A stretch of 64,000 nucleotides of DNA, from positions 22,147,237 through 22,211,236 of the forward strand of contig NC_092672.1 in assembly GCF_964355755.1 (NCBI RefSeq). Reading direction: 5' to 3'. This DNA comes from Antedon mediterranea (Eukaryota; Animalia; Echinodermata). Positions 51,801 to 63,407 of this stretch are shown piece after piece. The notes under the pieces were generated by a model. It did no database searches. It was not told where the DNA came from and saw only the letters and a program-made list of their open reading frames with translations. The position numbers and the translations under genes were made by a program. Numbering within the stretch: the stretch's first letter is position 1; the number at the start of each line of letters is the position of its first letter.

Positions 51801-54800
51801 TGTAATGAAAAAAATCAATAATTGTGTTCTGAAATGTTCATAACAGTTTTATTAAATAAATTATGCGTAAGACAAAGGTGGTGATTTGTTTAGAATTTCT
51901 GAATTATAAACTATCAATTGTACATTGTACCTACTTACTGTAAGTCATGACCAACATATAGTATATATGTTTAAAGATTACCATTTTTAATCATTTTCCT
52001 TCATTAAATGCTTTTTCTGGATGTCGGCAGCCGGCATAAAAGTTTGTTGCCTTCATAGCCTTAGCTTTTCGAATTACAATGGATCTCTGCGGCTGCGCCT
52101 ATAAATGATAATGTGTCTTAGGCATACTGTAGATCTTCACCTTGATTTTTCCAGTTCAGTGTGCATTTTTCAATCAAAATATTATTTAAGCCAAGATCAG
52201 TTTTAAATATGTCCTTTACAAGTTGCATTGGATCTTTTCCTTGATGTCACCAAATCTTAGGCTGTAGCTTCTAGAATGCCTTTCAACTCGTAGCAATTCA
52301 GCTTCCATGTAGCTATTGTATCCTGATCCTGTTTAGATTTAATGTTTCACACATTCATGTCAAATTATCCGTTGTAGTTTTAAATTTATCCTTAAGTTTT
52401 ACTTTGAAGTTCCATAACATTTCTGTTTAGCAATGCTTGTTAGCCTTGCTTTAGTGATGCTCTTTCCTTGTCAATCCTAGTATTTATCAGCTGCTAAGCT
52501 ACCCATTTCACCACTCAATGCATTCATTCAACATTTTTTACTTGGATGGAGTACCCGAGGCTAGGACTCTCTCTTCTTCTCCATCTGGACACTACAGAGC
52601 CAACTTTCAAGTCCTACTAGTTCTTTACGCATTGTCTGCCAGCTCTGAAACATTGCATGCATATACTAGGGGAATAGGTGAATAAAGCTATAGAGAAAAT
52701 GTTCATACTTCAATCGTCAATTATGACGTCATAAACATGGTACCAATCGAAAAAAGTGCGATTTATAAAGTACTACTCCTCCCTTTTTCATTGTAGTACT
52801 TCTGCTCCCGGAAATAGCAAAAAATAACCGTATTTGGTAGCAAGGTTATTGATGTGTATGTGACGTTACATCCCGTCTTCTGACGTCATTACAGCTTCTT
52901 TTGCTGTAGGCCTACCCCGAGTATCGCACATTCGTGCTTGTTTATTCATAGCATGTTCAGTAGGCTCAGTTTTTTTACCTATACTATGAATTTGTGTTTT
53001 TCTTGTATTCCTAGTTCGAGATAAAGCACTAATAATGTGTTATGAATACTCAGGCTTATATTCTTAGTAAAATGTAATGACTTTAGAATGATCAACTGTT
53101 GGGAATTAAATATTATGCAGAGCAAGTATGTCTTCACTCAGAGATGTCCATAGCACTTTAATTTTACTGTAAATAAGAATTTGAGTTCTCTACACTAAAG
53201 GTTATTCACATGACAGTATGTAATATATATAGGTAACTTTATTCCCCCCAAAAAAATTACAGTATGTAATAGTGATATGTAAAAGGAATTTAAATAATAA
53301 AGCATAATAATCAGAAATAGAAAAATTTATTTAATTAATTCAAATTGTTCAATACAATTAAAAATATTTAAAATTCCTTGAGTATTATCACAAATAAATA
53401 ATTATTTCAATTTGTAGCATTCAAAATACAGTAGGAGGGTTTGTTTATAATTTTATAATTATATTACTCGATGGGTAGGCACCCAAAAATTATTTTTTTT
53501 TACTCCATCTTTGGTATTGCATTCTTTAAAAATTCCTTTTTTTTTTAATGAGCTTGTCTGAATCTTCAACTGTCTGGTGTTTTCAATTCTCTTCTCCTTC
53601 TCCTTTTTTATTTGGATATATATCATATTTTGTATCATCTTCTTCCCAACTTTTTTATTATTTTTTTTCTGGGAGCCTAGGCGTAAAGTTTTTAAACTTA
53701 TATAGGTTTCCATCCACACATACTATGTTTTTTATTGGTTATCACAAGTGTTTATATAATTATTATTTATGTATTTTTAATATATGTGAGGAGAACATTT
53801 ATTGAATATTTATTGAATATTGAACAAATCAACTCACAAGTGTTTACATAATTATTATTTTATGTATTTTTGTGTATTTATTGAATATTGAATAAACAAA
53901 TCAAAAATCAAATAAAAAAAAATCATAATATAATAATGTTGTGTATGCTAAAAATGCCTTAGTAAACATGTGAACTCACATGTTGTATACGAATACCATT
54001 GGGCTACTGGTTTAAATTTTGGTTTATATCTAGTAGGACTAATAATACAATTAATGTGCATTACTAGAGTAAGCTAAGCTAGTGGCATGTTTTGAATTTA
54101 AAATGACCATTTTGATTAACTGGCATATATACAGTAAATGAAAGTGTGAAACTATTGTTTAATAGTGAGTACGGTAGGTGTACTATTTAAATGTTATGAT
54201 TTTCTAAAAACCAAATGATGGTTACATCACCAATAGAGTTAGCCTAGGCATCTAGGCTTATAATAGGCCTACTAGACAATATGTGAAAAGGTAATTAAAT
54301 AAAATACTTTTTGTCTTTTTCTATTTGGACATTGGAATCAATCATACATACATTTATATTTTTTTTTCTGTTACTTAGACATTTTTTCATTCATACTTCT
54401 TAAAGGATGTCACTGTAGTAATGTCTAATAAGTGCCTCTAAATTATTGAATGCACTTCCTAATGATATCACATGTACCCCGATCTCAAGGAATTGTTTTC
54501 TGTATTTTAAGTAAAAAACCACATTTCATCAAATTACTAGTATATTTTTAATGATTATTGTCAGCCGTTTTTCATCTCCTCTGCCGCATATGGCTACTAA
54601 ATTCCAATAATTACCATTTATATCGTTTAGTGTCTTTATGCTTCCTGTCCTGTTTGGTTTTTTTTGTACGTGTTTTGTTCTGCCTTTTTGTTATATTGTA
54701 CATGGCTTGCCCGCCACAAGTAACTTCTAGTTTAGCTTCTTCTTTTTAGCTTTTAAAAAAAATTGTATATGTTTATTTTTTGAAGCAAAAGTATATTTTT

Positions 54801-57800
54801 TATTATTTTAATTCTTTATTTTGGTCAAATGTTAACGTTCTATTTTAAAGAATAATAAATCTTACTTGAAATGAAATGAATTTATAAATTATGGAACTAT
54901 TAAGAAAGAAAACAAATAAAATAGTTTATTCATATCGATATTGCAAAATTATTTTACAACTCTTTATAGAGTATTGAAAAACTCATTGTATGTGTTATTT
55001 TTTTAATCCTTTAAATTGTATTAAGCTATTAATCAATTTTTCCTGTAGTAATCTTTTGTGGTCATTTTTAGATTTTATTTTGCATATGTGTTATGCACAC
55101 ATTATGTTTGTGAACAAGCTCCATTACAAAAATGATTTTATTATTATTATTTTATTATAACTTATATTATCAAGGTTCTTTTATTTTTGAATGAATCCCA
55201 AAAGTTTGAGATCTGTCAGTCTTTATAGTGTAAAGCTGGGGTTAAGATAGAGCTAAAATCCTCTGGATAGGAAATAGGGTAATATAAACTCTTGAGATGG
55301 TGAAAAATGTTTTGCAGAGCAAAGTTTTTAATGGATTTTTATTTTATGACCTCTCCCCCCCCCCCCAACCCCCGATTACATCGTTCCTCTTGAGTTTATT
55401 TTGTAGTATAAATGAAGCATGGCCTCCTGAGCTCAATTTGATTTTTTCAAAGTTAAAATGATATAGATATGTAACAGGTTCGTACTACTAGCGTCGTAGC
55501 TTTATCGCGTAGTATTTTCCGGAGCTGCAGCACTGGCACAAACACAATAAAATCATCCACAGAGACAGTTCTTGGTTTGGAAAAGTTAAATTCTTTTATT
55601 GAAGCTAGTAACCAGTCGGAAGGAGATATAACAAAAACAGTGTTACTATTTAAGATAACATCAGTGATCGTATCATTAACGTATAGGCTACTATTGCGTT
55701 GTGTCTAGTATAACAATCAATCAACTATATTAACTATAGTAAAACAATTCTAAAATTAAGAGAGATAAAAATATAGATGCTTACCTATAACCAGTCGGAA
55801 GGAGATGAAAACCTTCACTTTGGGCTAGGCATTAGTAAGTGTCATCCATTCCCAGTTGGGTACTATGACAATTTTTAACCGATGGTACATACATTTACAA
55901 TAACGTTATTTCGTAGTTTACAGAACGATTGTATTGTAACTCGAGTCATACACATGTAATTATCAATTTAAAGTTCGGTTATACAAAAAAAGAAACTATT
56001 AAAAATGCAAATCAATTAACAAAATCCCTTGTCCATTTATGAACTGACCCATACTGAAACATTATACACTAAATATTCATGACCATTTTCCCACCACTTG
56101 GATGAGGTGACTCATCTATTTATAGCATGGTCACTTATCATTCCAGCTTTTACTTTAATGGGTCCCACAAGGTTTCTCAGATTCAAGTCAGATTCAGCAG
56201 ATAAATCATTCAAGTATTTGGGTATAAGCATACCTGTTACCCTGTTACATATACTAAAAGGAAAATAATATGTGTTACTAAAGTCACGTATCCATGGTGA
56301 TTGTGATGACAGGCCCAGACTCTATACTATACCTGATATTACTATACTATCTGAATTAAATATTCAGCCAGTGTGCAAAAACTTCTGGATACTATTTAAG
56401 TTGATTATCAATGAAGCATTCCTATAATGCTAACACCTTTTTAATGTTTATATTATATAATGCTTTTTTTTATATACACATTATTATACATGGATAAAAC
56501 ATGCAATTGATTTAACATGTTAAATTGATTATTCTAATTACAATTTTTGTTGTAGTGTGTAGTATTGATAAAATTGTTAGATTTTTGGTAGGCATGTTAT
56601 TATGCATAGAAATCTTTTGAATTGCAATAAATAAACACATGACCTTTTTGTACGACAATTAAAAAAAGCATTATAGTGAACAAAAACTATGATGCCAAGT
56701 TGGTGCTCTTGGCAGAAATTTGTTTAAGGATTGTTGTATTTTCTTGAGAAATCAGTAGATCAGATATATTTAAAAAACAATAAATAAAATGAAGTTGCAA
56801 CAATTTGAATATCATTTATTAGTAGGAATGTACAAAAGCCCTAAACTCATACTTACAGTGAGAGCTCACACATTTCATTTTACATACACATGCACTTGAA
56901 AATGAAAGTTACACAATGATGACACATTATCTTCAAAACAAATGTAAATGTACTTTACATTAATTGTTTCTCCACTTAACTGTTTTCCTAGTCACATATT
57001 ATCATTTATTATATGGGACTGTTTTGTACTACAATTCTTTATGCTGTTATCAAAATGACTTTATACTATACTGCAATATTTACATTGATCTTCTGTTCTG
57101 GTAAAGTAGACCCTATCATAGAGGCTTACACTATGTATATCAAGGTCTACTCGCCCTAATTTGGCCAAAATTTTCGGCCAACATTTTCGGCCGCTATAAA
57201 TGTATTGGCCACGAAACATTAATTACATTACTCAAAATTTGCGCCACCTTAATTCTGTAGTATTTGTCCATAGTATTTCAAGAACGAATTCTGCTCATTA
57301 TAATATTTTTAATTCATTTCCACGTCTGTTCATAATTTGCCTCCAAATGTTAAAGATAGTCTAGTTTTTTCCCTTTCTTCATTTATATATTCACTTAAGA
57401 AAAACTTGCCTCAAATACCTGTCTGAACTCAATGAAATGTGAAATGTTATTTTAAACTGTTTTTCTGTATTTAAGTTTATTTAATTTTTACACTTTAGGG
57501 GTGTCATACTTGATTTCATCGTTCACACCAACAGTGGATTGAATGTAATGTTTAAATATTATCTACTCAACAAAAATATATTCCATTTGTATAATGTATA
57601 GTAATAAATTAATAAACCTTACATTATGCTTTCTTTGCGCATCTAAATACCTTATAAAGTATGAATACACATGTGGTTGATAACCACAATAAAATAAAAT
57701 ATAGATAAATTGGCCAGACATGACATACATGTTCTTTTAATTCTAATTGGTACACATACTGGCCCACATCTTTCTGTTTCACTACACCATACTGGTCCTG

Positions 57801-60489
57801 CCAGTTGAATCTATTTCTACAGAGCAATCTCACTATTTAAACAAATTCCGAAACTTATTTAAAAGGTGAGATTCTATGGTGTTTTCTGTCTGCAAATAAC
57901 TTTCTGAATTCCAATAATTCAGACAACAATGAATAAAAATAAACAAGAAATAATTGTTACTGTAAAAAAAGACTTTCTGAGATAACAGTTTTAATTATTG
58001 TTCTTTCTTCATTAAATGATATTTTCTAAATTGATATTCTATTTAATAATTTAAGAAATAAAGATTTATTATCAATTATTTTTGTTTAAAAATCAGTAGT
58101 AAACATTTTGTGTAACATAAACATAGTTTAAAGTACTATAGACTATAGTACTATGCATATTCTTAGTGGCATTACTCCCTAAGGTTGGAGTGACCCACTC
58201 ATACCCACAAACATTTCAGTGAACAAAAAATGTATAATTTTCCATGAGCCTTCGTTGTACAGCAGCAGCCGACAAACGTACACACTAATCAAACATTTGT
58301 CATCTATATACACACCATTCGGCAAAAATATTTACCATAGAGAAAGGATTGTTTTGACCATTATTCAATGATATATATGATGGTAATTATACTTGGCCTC
58401 TATGTTGACAGCCAAAACACAGTTATTGTTTATTGAACAAAGGTCTTACAAACTAATGTCTGCATACTGTACATATCTCAAAGACCCTCAGTGCACATGC
58501 CCAGTTTGAGTTTACAAATTCCCATTTAGACTTTCTTACCAGACGTGCTTTGTGGTGTGCTCATGCCCAGTTTGTGTTTCTAAATACCCATTTTTTCAGC
58601 TTCAGTAATCTATTATAAGCTTCTGCATGGCTAATGCTTCCGTTCTCTTGAATGTAACTGCCTAAAGGACTGGTGCGAAAATTATTGTTTACTTTTGAAA
58701 ATTAACTTTTTTATTTATTTTATTTACTGAAGTATAAAAAATGTTGATGGGATAAGCAATGATTATGGAACATACAGCACTTTATTTGTTTATTGGTATA
58801 CTCCTGGTGAGCATGGTCTACTATGAAAGTTTTAGCCTCAGTGAATATTATTCACATCCTATACACAATATATTGAACTTTTTGTCTTCAATGTTCATCA
58901 AAATAATATATTAATATCAGATTATTTATTTTTGTTTTAAATTAGTTATATAGGATTTATATAATTTTTTATTAGATAATTGTTAGTTGCATTAAATTTG
59001 TTTGAAATGTCAGTATGTATACATATGAATAAATAATGTTTATTACTTCTTTTATAATTACTGTATAATGTCTTATTTCCAGTGATTGTTTTTGTTATAT
59101 CCTTGAAATAAAAAGAATATAACATTTTTTTTGGTGTAAATTTTAATCATTTTAATAAGTCAATTGATTGATTGATTTTATTCGATAATCATACATGAAA
59201 AGTTAAAATATACAATGTATTAAAAGAATACCTGGTGTAACCCATGACACCTGGATAACCCATTAAGTCGACAAAAAAGTAAACTTATTTCCAATGGGGT
59301 CCAATCCGTAATGACGGATATATTTATAAATATAAAACACAAATAATAAAGATGTTATAAAATCTATTAAAATGTATAAATTTTAATATTTTTTACATTG
59401 ATATGATTTGTTTGGCATCAGCCAAACCTTCACCCACTTTAAAGACAGGCTTGAGCTATCCAGGGAGGTATGAAAATGGTCATGGTATTTCTAAAAACTG
59501 TCCATTTGATCTAACAAATAAAAAAAATGAAAACATGTTTATACATATATCTGTTATGTGGTTCAAAAAGATGTCTAAAATTAACTTGTTTATCTATTTT
59601 AGTCGTGTGCAACATGACTCTACAGCTCACTATGTCGGTCGGTGAACACTAACTCAAATTTGCGCACACGACTGCAGCCATGTATATGGCCTTGTTTTTT
59701 TATCAGATTAAACTCAACATTAATATTGTTACAATCAATATTTAGACTAATGTGTGTACGTCAAACCTCTTAAAACGGACAATGTTTTGTTGGTACACTA
59801 ACACATCTTTCTTTAGAATAGTGCAGGCCATTATCTCTGATAATATAAAATAATAGATTTGCATTACATACAAAATAATATTCCATGTGCAAGGCTTCCA
59901 ATTGAAATGAAAGTGCCAAAGCAATCGATAAAATAGGATATGCTACACTCACAATAACTTGTACTGGCTAATGCCACCATCACACCATAGAGCAATGAAC
60001 TATTTCTTTGCTCTATGATCGCACAAAGGATAATTTAAATATATTGAAGTTTTAAACATGCCCCTGAAAGTAAAAGTTTGTACACCAAACCAATCCAGTA
60101 ATTTAATATTTAAACAATATTAAATTAAAAAAAAGTTAAATAATTGAAATACCAGGCAACAACATTTTTATGAAAAACTGGAATAATAATAAAAATGTAT
60201 ACAAAAGTAGAAATAAAATTTAAAAAAGCTAATTTGATAGTATTTGTGTGCATTGCGTATATGATCACACAGCAAATACAAGTTACAAATTGAATTTGAA
60301 AATTGACACTTAATGGATGTATAATTATATAAAATATTAATTAATCAATAAATATGTAAAAGATGTAACTTGTATGATTTTATATTTTAGGTTGGACGCT
60401 CAGCTTTGCATGTTGCAGCTCTGGCAGGTCACTCAGGCTGCTGTAACCTGCTAGTTGATGCAGGGTCAGACATCAATATCCAAGACAAA
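24814..60489 (+). CDS. Multi-exon ankyrin-repeat protein gene, 5' part (continues past the window end)
   Basis: Five AG-bounded exons with phase-0 junctions splice in frame to MDLVEHLLDMCAFNGIQ-IEREKTAEEICHFIVSNNAVNIKDQ-DGITVLMCAAVVGNAAICHQLIDGGADINLQDK-NGETALHWGAANGHVDVCQMLVDMAAAVDQQNN-VGRSALHVAALAGHSGCCNLLVDAGSDINIQDK, matching the ANK consensus GxTxLHxAAxxGHxxxxxxLlxxGAdiNxqd. No stop codon in the window; further exons may have been missed. Confidence 0.85.
25521..25595 (+). CDS. Ankyrin gene exon, IEREKTAEEICHFIVSNNAVNIKDQ (half repeat)
   Basis: tttcatag acceptor, CAG|GTATAC donor, 75 bp, ends in the ANK linker-like VNIKDQ. Confidence 0.75.
25802..26634. repeat. Intronic tandem duplication (about 390 and 440 bp)
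   Basis: gtatattgtgtgtttatatc starts at 25802 and 26193; both units end gctgaaat..tactattt. Confidence 0.92.
26840..27110 (-). mobile_element. CR1/L2-group LINE RT fragment
   Basis: The ORF track peptide contains NLGVKIASYLCWNDHI, matching the LGVxIxxxLxWxxHI motif. Confidence 0.55.
27515..27679. mobile_element. Tourist/Harbinger-like MITE
   Basis: TIR agctctgtttacacta versus agctatgtctacacta (14/16), flanks taa/gaa, internal inverted aaaaaaatgtg..tgccca arms. Confidence 0.65.
29249..29347 (+). CDS. Ankyrin repeat exon (99 bp)
   Basis: ttcaatag acceptor, AAG|GTAAGT donor, encodes DGITVLMCAAVVGNAAICHQLIDGGADINLQDK. Confidence 0.92.
30010..31456 (+). mobile_element. Non-autonomous Helitron, copy 2
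   Basis: A|TCtatatataaatttacgtaagggc start, ctagatggtacgc..gcgtaccatCTAG|T end; shares both termini with 11925-12946. Confidence 0.88.
31994..32619. mobile_element. Kolobok-like non-autonomous element
   Basis: TTAA on both sides; TIR agccccattccctac versus agaccccttccctgc (12/15); CpG-rich interior. Confidence 0.7.
33580..33790 (+). mobile_element. Crack/L2-like LINE ORF2 fragment
   Basis: NSRLTFLYRQTNFLDMQSR..CSAIIQCVFDYATSVWYSGLT, after removal of a 5-bp insertion at 33704-33708. Confidence 0.75.
35105..35124. mobile_element. 20-bp hairpin insertion with 7-bp TSD (P-like footprint)
   Basis: acctttg|CAGGGAGATacATCTCCCTG|acctttg. Confidence 0.75.
35833..36350 (-). mobile_element. Helitron-like 3' end (5' extent uncertain)
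   Basis: Minus strand has the hairpin aactcgtca-aag-tgacgagtt, 6 nt before CTAG|T at 35833-35836. Confidence 0.55.
36354..38194. mobile_element. Unclassified non-autonomous TIR element, about 1.8 kb
   Basis: Inverted cgtcacacgaaccggcgaatc at both ends, plus inverted ttcgtcacttcg(c)gtgtga sub-terminal blocks. Confidence 0.7.
38470..38910 (+). pseudogene. Degenerate hAT transposase C-terminus (dimerisation domain)
   Basis: Across frameshifts it reads SASVER/TFS..VKNYF*GTIMEDRINALLLMFVHQD..YDVIILKYVNMYPRWM. Confidence 0.75.
39179..39617. mobile_element. Degenerate MITE
   Basis: Imperfect TIR ggcagctttcgaaac..cgacgc versus gtgagctttcaaagtggcgacgc. Confidence 0.4.
42822..42898 (+). pseudogene. 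tRNA-like sequence (Thr-AGT-like loop) followed by T6, in a repeat composite
   Basis: A-box-like tggtcagagg, loop ctAGTga, B-box-like ggttcgtctcc; poor acceptor stem. Confidence 0.5.
43402..43500 (+). CDS. Ankyrin repeat exon (99 bp) with non-canonical TT donor
   Basis: aaatag acceptor, encodes NGETALHWGAANGHVDVCQMLVDMAAAVDQQNN, followed by TTAAGT where GTAAGT is expected. Confidence 0.85.
44314..46663. mobile_element. Non-autonomous TIR DNA transposon, 2.35 kb
   Basis: Perfect 14-bp TIR CAGTGGGAAAGCCA. TAAA on both flanks (4-bp TSD, or a Tc1-type TA TSD with one mutation). No transposase ORF. Confidence 0.8.
46978..47048 (-). pseudogene. tRNA-derived pseudogene or SINE head
   Basis: GGCTCTGTGGTCTAGTGGTATGATACTCGCccTGTaaGCGAGAGG..GTTTGAATCCC: tRNA-Pro-like body with a TGT loop and a broken T arm. 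Confidence 0.55.
47090..47359. mobile_element. Partial Kolobok-like MITE of the 9671 family
   Basis: Ends gggggacaatacatct|ttaa; the other TIR is missing. Confidence 0.6.
47937..48253 (-). mobile_element. tRNA-derived Deu/Nin-domain SINE
   Basis: A box tggccgagcgg, B box ggttcgagg, Deu-like tcggataagg..taaaccgtaggtcc..ttaaagaacc..gagtagggggttaccccggtgt, (AAAC)n tail. Empty site at 63411-63430. Confidence 0.85.
48398..48640 (+). mobile_element. tRNA-derived SINE
   Basis: A box tagccgagtag, B box ggttcaattcc, central gtccactcagctgtaaatgagtacc, tail cacctcaccttac. Absent from the paralog at about 63640. Confidence 0.8.
48727..48849 (+). mobile_element. Short Helentron-associated element (8082 family)
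   Basis: Same ends as 8082-8888 with a single microsatellite block. The empty T run is at about 63728-63736. Confidence 0.88.
52000..52480 (-). mobile_element. Degenerate LINE ORF1-like fragment
   Basis: Minus-strand pieces RSYSLRFGDIKE, NAH*TGK and IRKAKAMKATNFY resemble CR1/L1 ORF1 (Transposase_22-like) motifs. Confidence 0.4.
55470..56249 (-). mobile_element. Probable solo LTR
   Basis: TGTAACAGG...CCTGTTACA termini, flanks gata/tata, minus-strand TATAAA at about 56120 and AATAAA at about 55597. Confidence 0.6.
57700..57930 (+). mobile_element. Degenerate LINE RT fragment
   Basis: YRAISLFKQIPKLI*K resembles the YRPISLL..SKxxEK motif. Confidence 0.45.
59163..59305 (-). mobile_element. LINE 3'UTR with (ATCA)n tail
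   Basis: ggaccccattggaaataag..gggttatcca, AATAAA and a tandem tail; same motif as 1075-1130. Confidence 0.6.
59597..59696 (+). mobile_element. Short, diverged Helentron-associated element
   Basis: ttttagtcgtgtg..gactcta..cactatgtcggtcgg..cacacgact..gccatgtatatggccttgTTT. Confidence 0.7.
59986..60017. mobile_element. 32-bp hairpin insertion with 7-bp TSD (P-like footprint)
   Basis: atcacac|CATAGAGCAAtGAActatTTCtTTGCTCTATG|atcgcac. Confidence 0.7.
60391..60489 (+). CDS. Ankyrin repeat exon (99 bp)
   Basis: tattttag acceptor, AAA|GTAAGT donor, encodes VGRSALHVAALAGHSGCCNLLVDAGSDINIQDK. Confidence 0.92.
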
Positions 60490-62787
60490 GTAAGTTATAC
60501 ATTCTTTCATAGTCATATTTTTTTATATTTTGTATTTTAAATATAATGATCTTTTGAGTAATAATATCTGCATGTTATAATGCTATTTAATGTTTTTATT
60601 TAACTGTATTGATGCTAGAATTGGTATTATTTGAAGTTTTTCAATATATTTTTTTCTCTGATATTTAGTCATAAAAAGTGCTATGACACTATACATTTTG
60701 TCATGTTTAAACATTTCCATTGAACTCTTTATAAAACAATGAAAACTACAGCAACATACTATTGAAATATAATCCTTATTCCAAAGTGTAGATATACAGT
60801 AATTAAGTCGGAATTATGTACACTTCTATTACACAAAATTTCAATTTTTTTTAGTTCATTTTCACAAAACTGTTTAATAACTTGTGAAACACTATGATTC
60901 TACCTATATATCACATAGAGGTACAAATGATCAAAGATGCTAATTGATAGACATATAGACTGTATTCATTTATTTTATAATTATCATCATACTCATTTGC
61001 CATACTCTCCTTTATTCCTTTCAACAACATCACCACCAACTCCAACCACCTCCTGGTTATAGTCACCACCACCAATCCCAAGAATGATGATGCAGAATTT
61101 GGTTGAGAGCTAAAGTGATCTTTTAATACACACCACAATTATAGTTCTTTGTTATTAGGTTGTAATTATTTTTTCCATATACAATATAAGATACAGATAA
61201 TATATCTGCCACATTTATTCTTTCTTTATACTCAGGATTAACAAACATAAATAAAACTGAAATAGCGGCACAAATATAATTTTGTAAGTTATTTACCGTA
61301 CCTAGTTTTTAACAAATCACCTTACATAATAATTACAGTATCAAACCACCATTACAATGTCATACAAAATGTAAAAATAAACAAATCATCATTAGCATAA
61401 CTAGGTGATGATTGATCCATAGCAATATTTTTAGTCTATTTAAAAAAATGTTTATTTCTTAAAATTTATTTAGATATACATACACACATAGTAAATTATA
61501 GTAAACAAAAAAATAAATGGAAATTGTTTAATACTAAACAACCTACATTAGAGGTGAAATACCACTAAGAAACACAAGAAAGCTGAACTTAGACTTAAAT
61601 GTTCTACACAACTGTAACAAGTTCAGAGTGTATCCAACATACATTATGACATATTTTAGACCACTGACAATGGTGATCACCAGTGCTTCGCAAAGTCTGC
61701 AGTTGTACTTTATATCATGTTTTATTCATTCATATTTATCTCCATCATCTAACTTTATCAAACAAAACTTTTTTGAGGATAAACATACAGTAGCTATATA
61801 TAAAGTTCAACTTTAATAATTGTTAAAAGTTTAACATTTTCTAACATTCATGTTAAAAGATTACTTTTAAAAGAACTTATATTATAATTTCAATTTTCAT
61901 TACAAGCTATTTAACAATAAAAAAAAAAATATATGCCAAGTTTATTGTAGCATAACTTTATATTTTAATCAATGGATGTAAATGACTTTGCATTATATAA
62001 ATGTATTACAATTGTTTATAAACTCTTAATTGTTGTAGATTCTATTTCAGTACAATCTTTTTTTAAAACTAATATTGACCTTGGTTCATCCTTGTTTCAG
62101 TTTGATGGTCCTACCTTTTCAATAGAATTACATTCATGTTCACAGAGTAAATTAAGATTTATCTCCTTTAAAATTAAATTCAATAAAACTATATCCCATA
62201 ACAATTTTCCTATGAATAAATAGATGGAATTATTCTTAGTTTATTGATTTGATTCAGACCAATTTCATACACATTTAATAGCAATATTTTTTTCATTTTT
62301 TAACTAATAATATGCATAGAAAATGTTTATTTTACAACTACAATACCTCATTAAGTAATTCATTTATTTACTTTTTTATGGCTTTAACTAGTTGAATTCT
62401 CTCATGGTACCAATATAAAATCTTAATTGGCAATAAATTTCTATTGATCATACATTCTAATAATTTATGTTTCATAATTTTTTGGATTTTATTGTGTTAC
62501 AATAAAGGAAAAATAAACGGTGTGGGAAAAAACATTATCAGATGACTAAATATATGTAATATAACGTTTTAATACATTTCTGGTGTTTTTGTACAACTTC
62601 AAATTTTTATTTTTGTGCTATTTATCTTCCCATTTCCACCCTTTAAGACAGAATAGTTCAACTTCCCTTCCCCTGTAGTAGAGCACTGTATCAAGAATGT
62701 TAAATAACAGACAAGAGACATAAAATTGCTTGTCTACATACACTTTATTCACAGTACACATATGGCTGAATGCATATAACAACATTA

Positions 62788-63130
62788 CTATAAGCCCAAC
62801 AATTGGGAAACCTTAAACATGTGGCTTACCTTTCATCGGTCATGCTTTTTAACAACCTACCTTAAACCCCTGCGTTAGCGGCTGAGGTAACACCAACCCA
62901 GCGAATGCTATGCAGTCCAAATAGATACTTATTGTACCCACATCTTCGTAAAATATCCTTGAACAGCACGTCAGCGTGAATAGGACATCTTTCTAGCATG
63001 TGGCTACTAGTTGATTTCACTGACTAAATAGTGCTAATGTGGTTCCATGCCTTCTACTCTCTATATCAGCATGTATAAAGACCCAGGTATCTGTGTCCAA
63101 CAATAATGTCCAACCACCAATAGTTCTTGA
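62788..63130 (-). pseudogene. DIRS/Ngaro-type tyrosine recombinase relic
   Basis: Minus strand reads MSYSR..VLFKDILRRCGYNKYLFGLHSIRWVGVTSAANAGV*GRLLK..KVSQLLGL*, matching the HSLRxGGATxAANAGV..RLxKxHGRW region. Confidence 0.75.
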
Positions 63131-63407
63131 TAGTTCAAACACTGAATTATTTAATATTTTAAATAAACTAAAATTTACACCACTGTATGTAGTGTTTTTG
63201 TAAAAAAATTAATAAAATATGCACTTGATGTTAATTTTCCTTTTACCTCTTCCTTGTATTATTTTAGGTAAATACAGAATTTCATTTACAGTATTGTGGT
63301 ACAAAACTATGGAACAATCAAGTCCTTCTGTTTCTGAATTATTTCTTGTAGATGTTAAATCTTTGATTAGTTTTACACCTTTTCACCTTCTGTCAATTAT
63401 TTAAGAA

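Noticed and set aside
57104-57152. Imperfect hairpin gtagacc..catag..ctatg..ggtctac
   Set aside because: Short, mismatched and without a TSD; could be chance.
58336-58404. Another CATAGAG...CTCTATG footprint
   Set aside because: Only a 7-bp inverted match and no flanking direct repeat.
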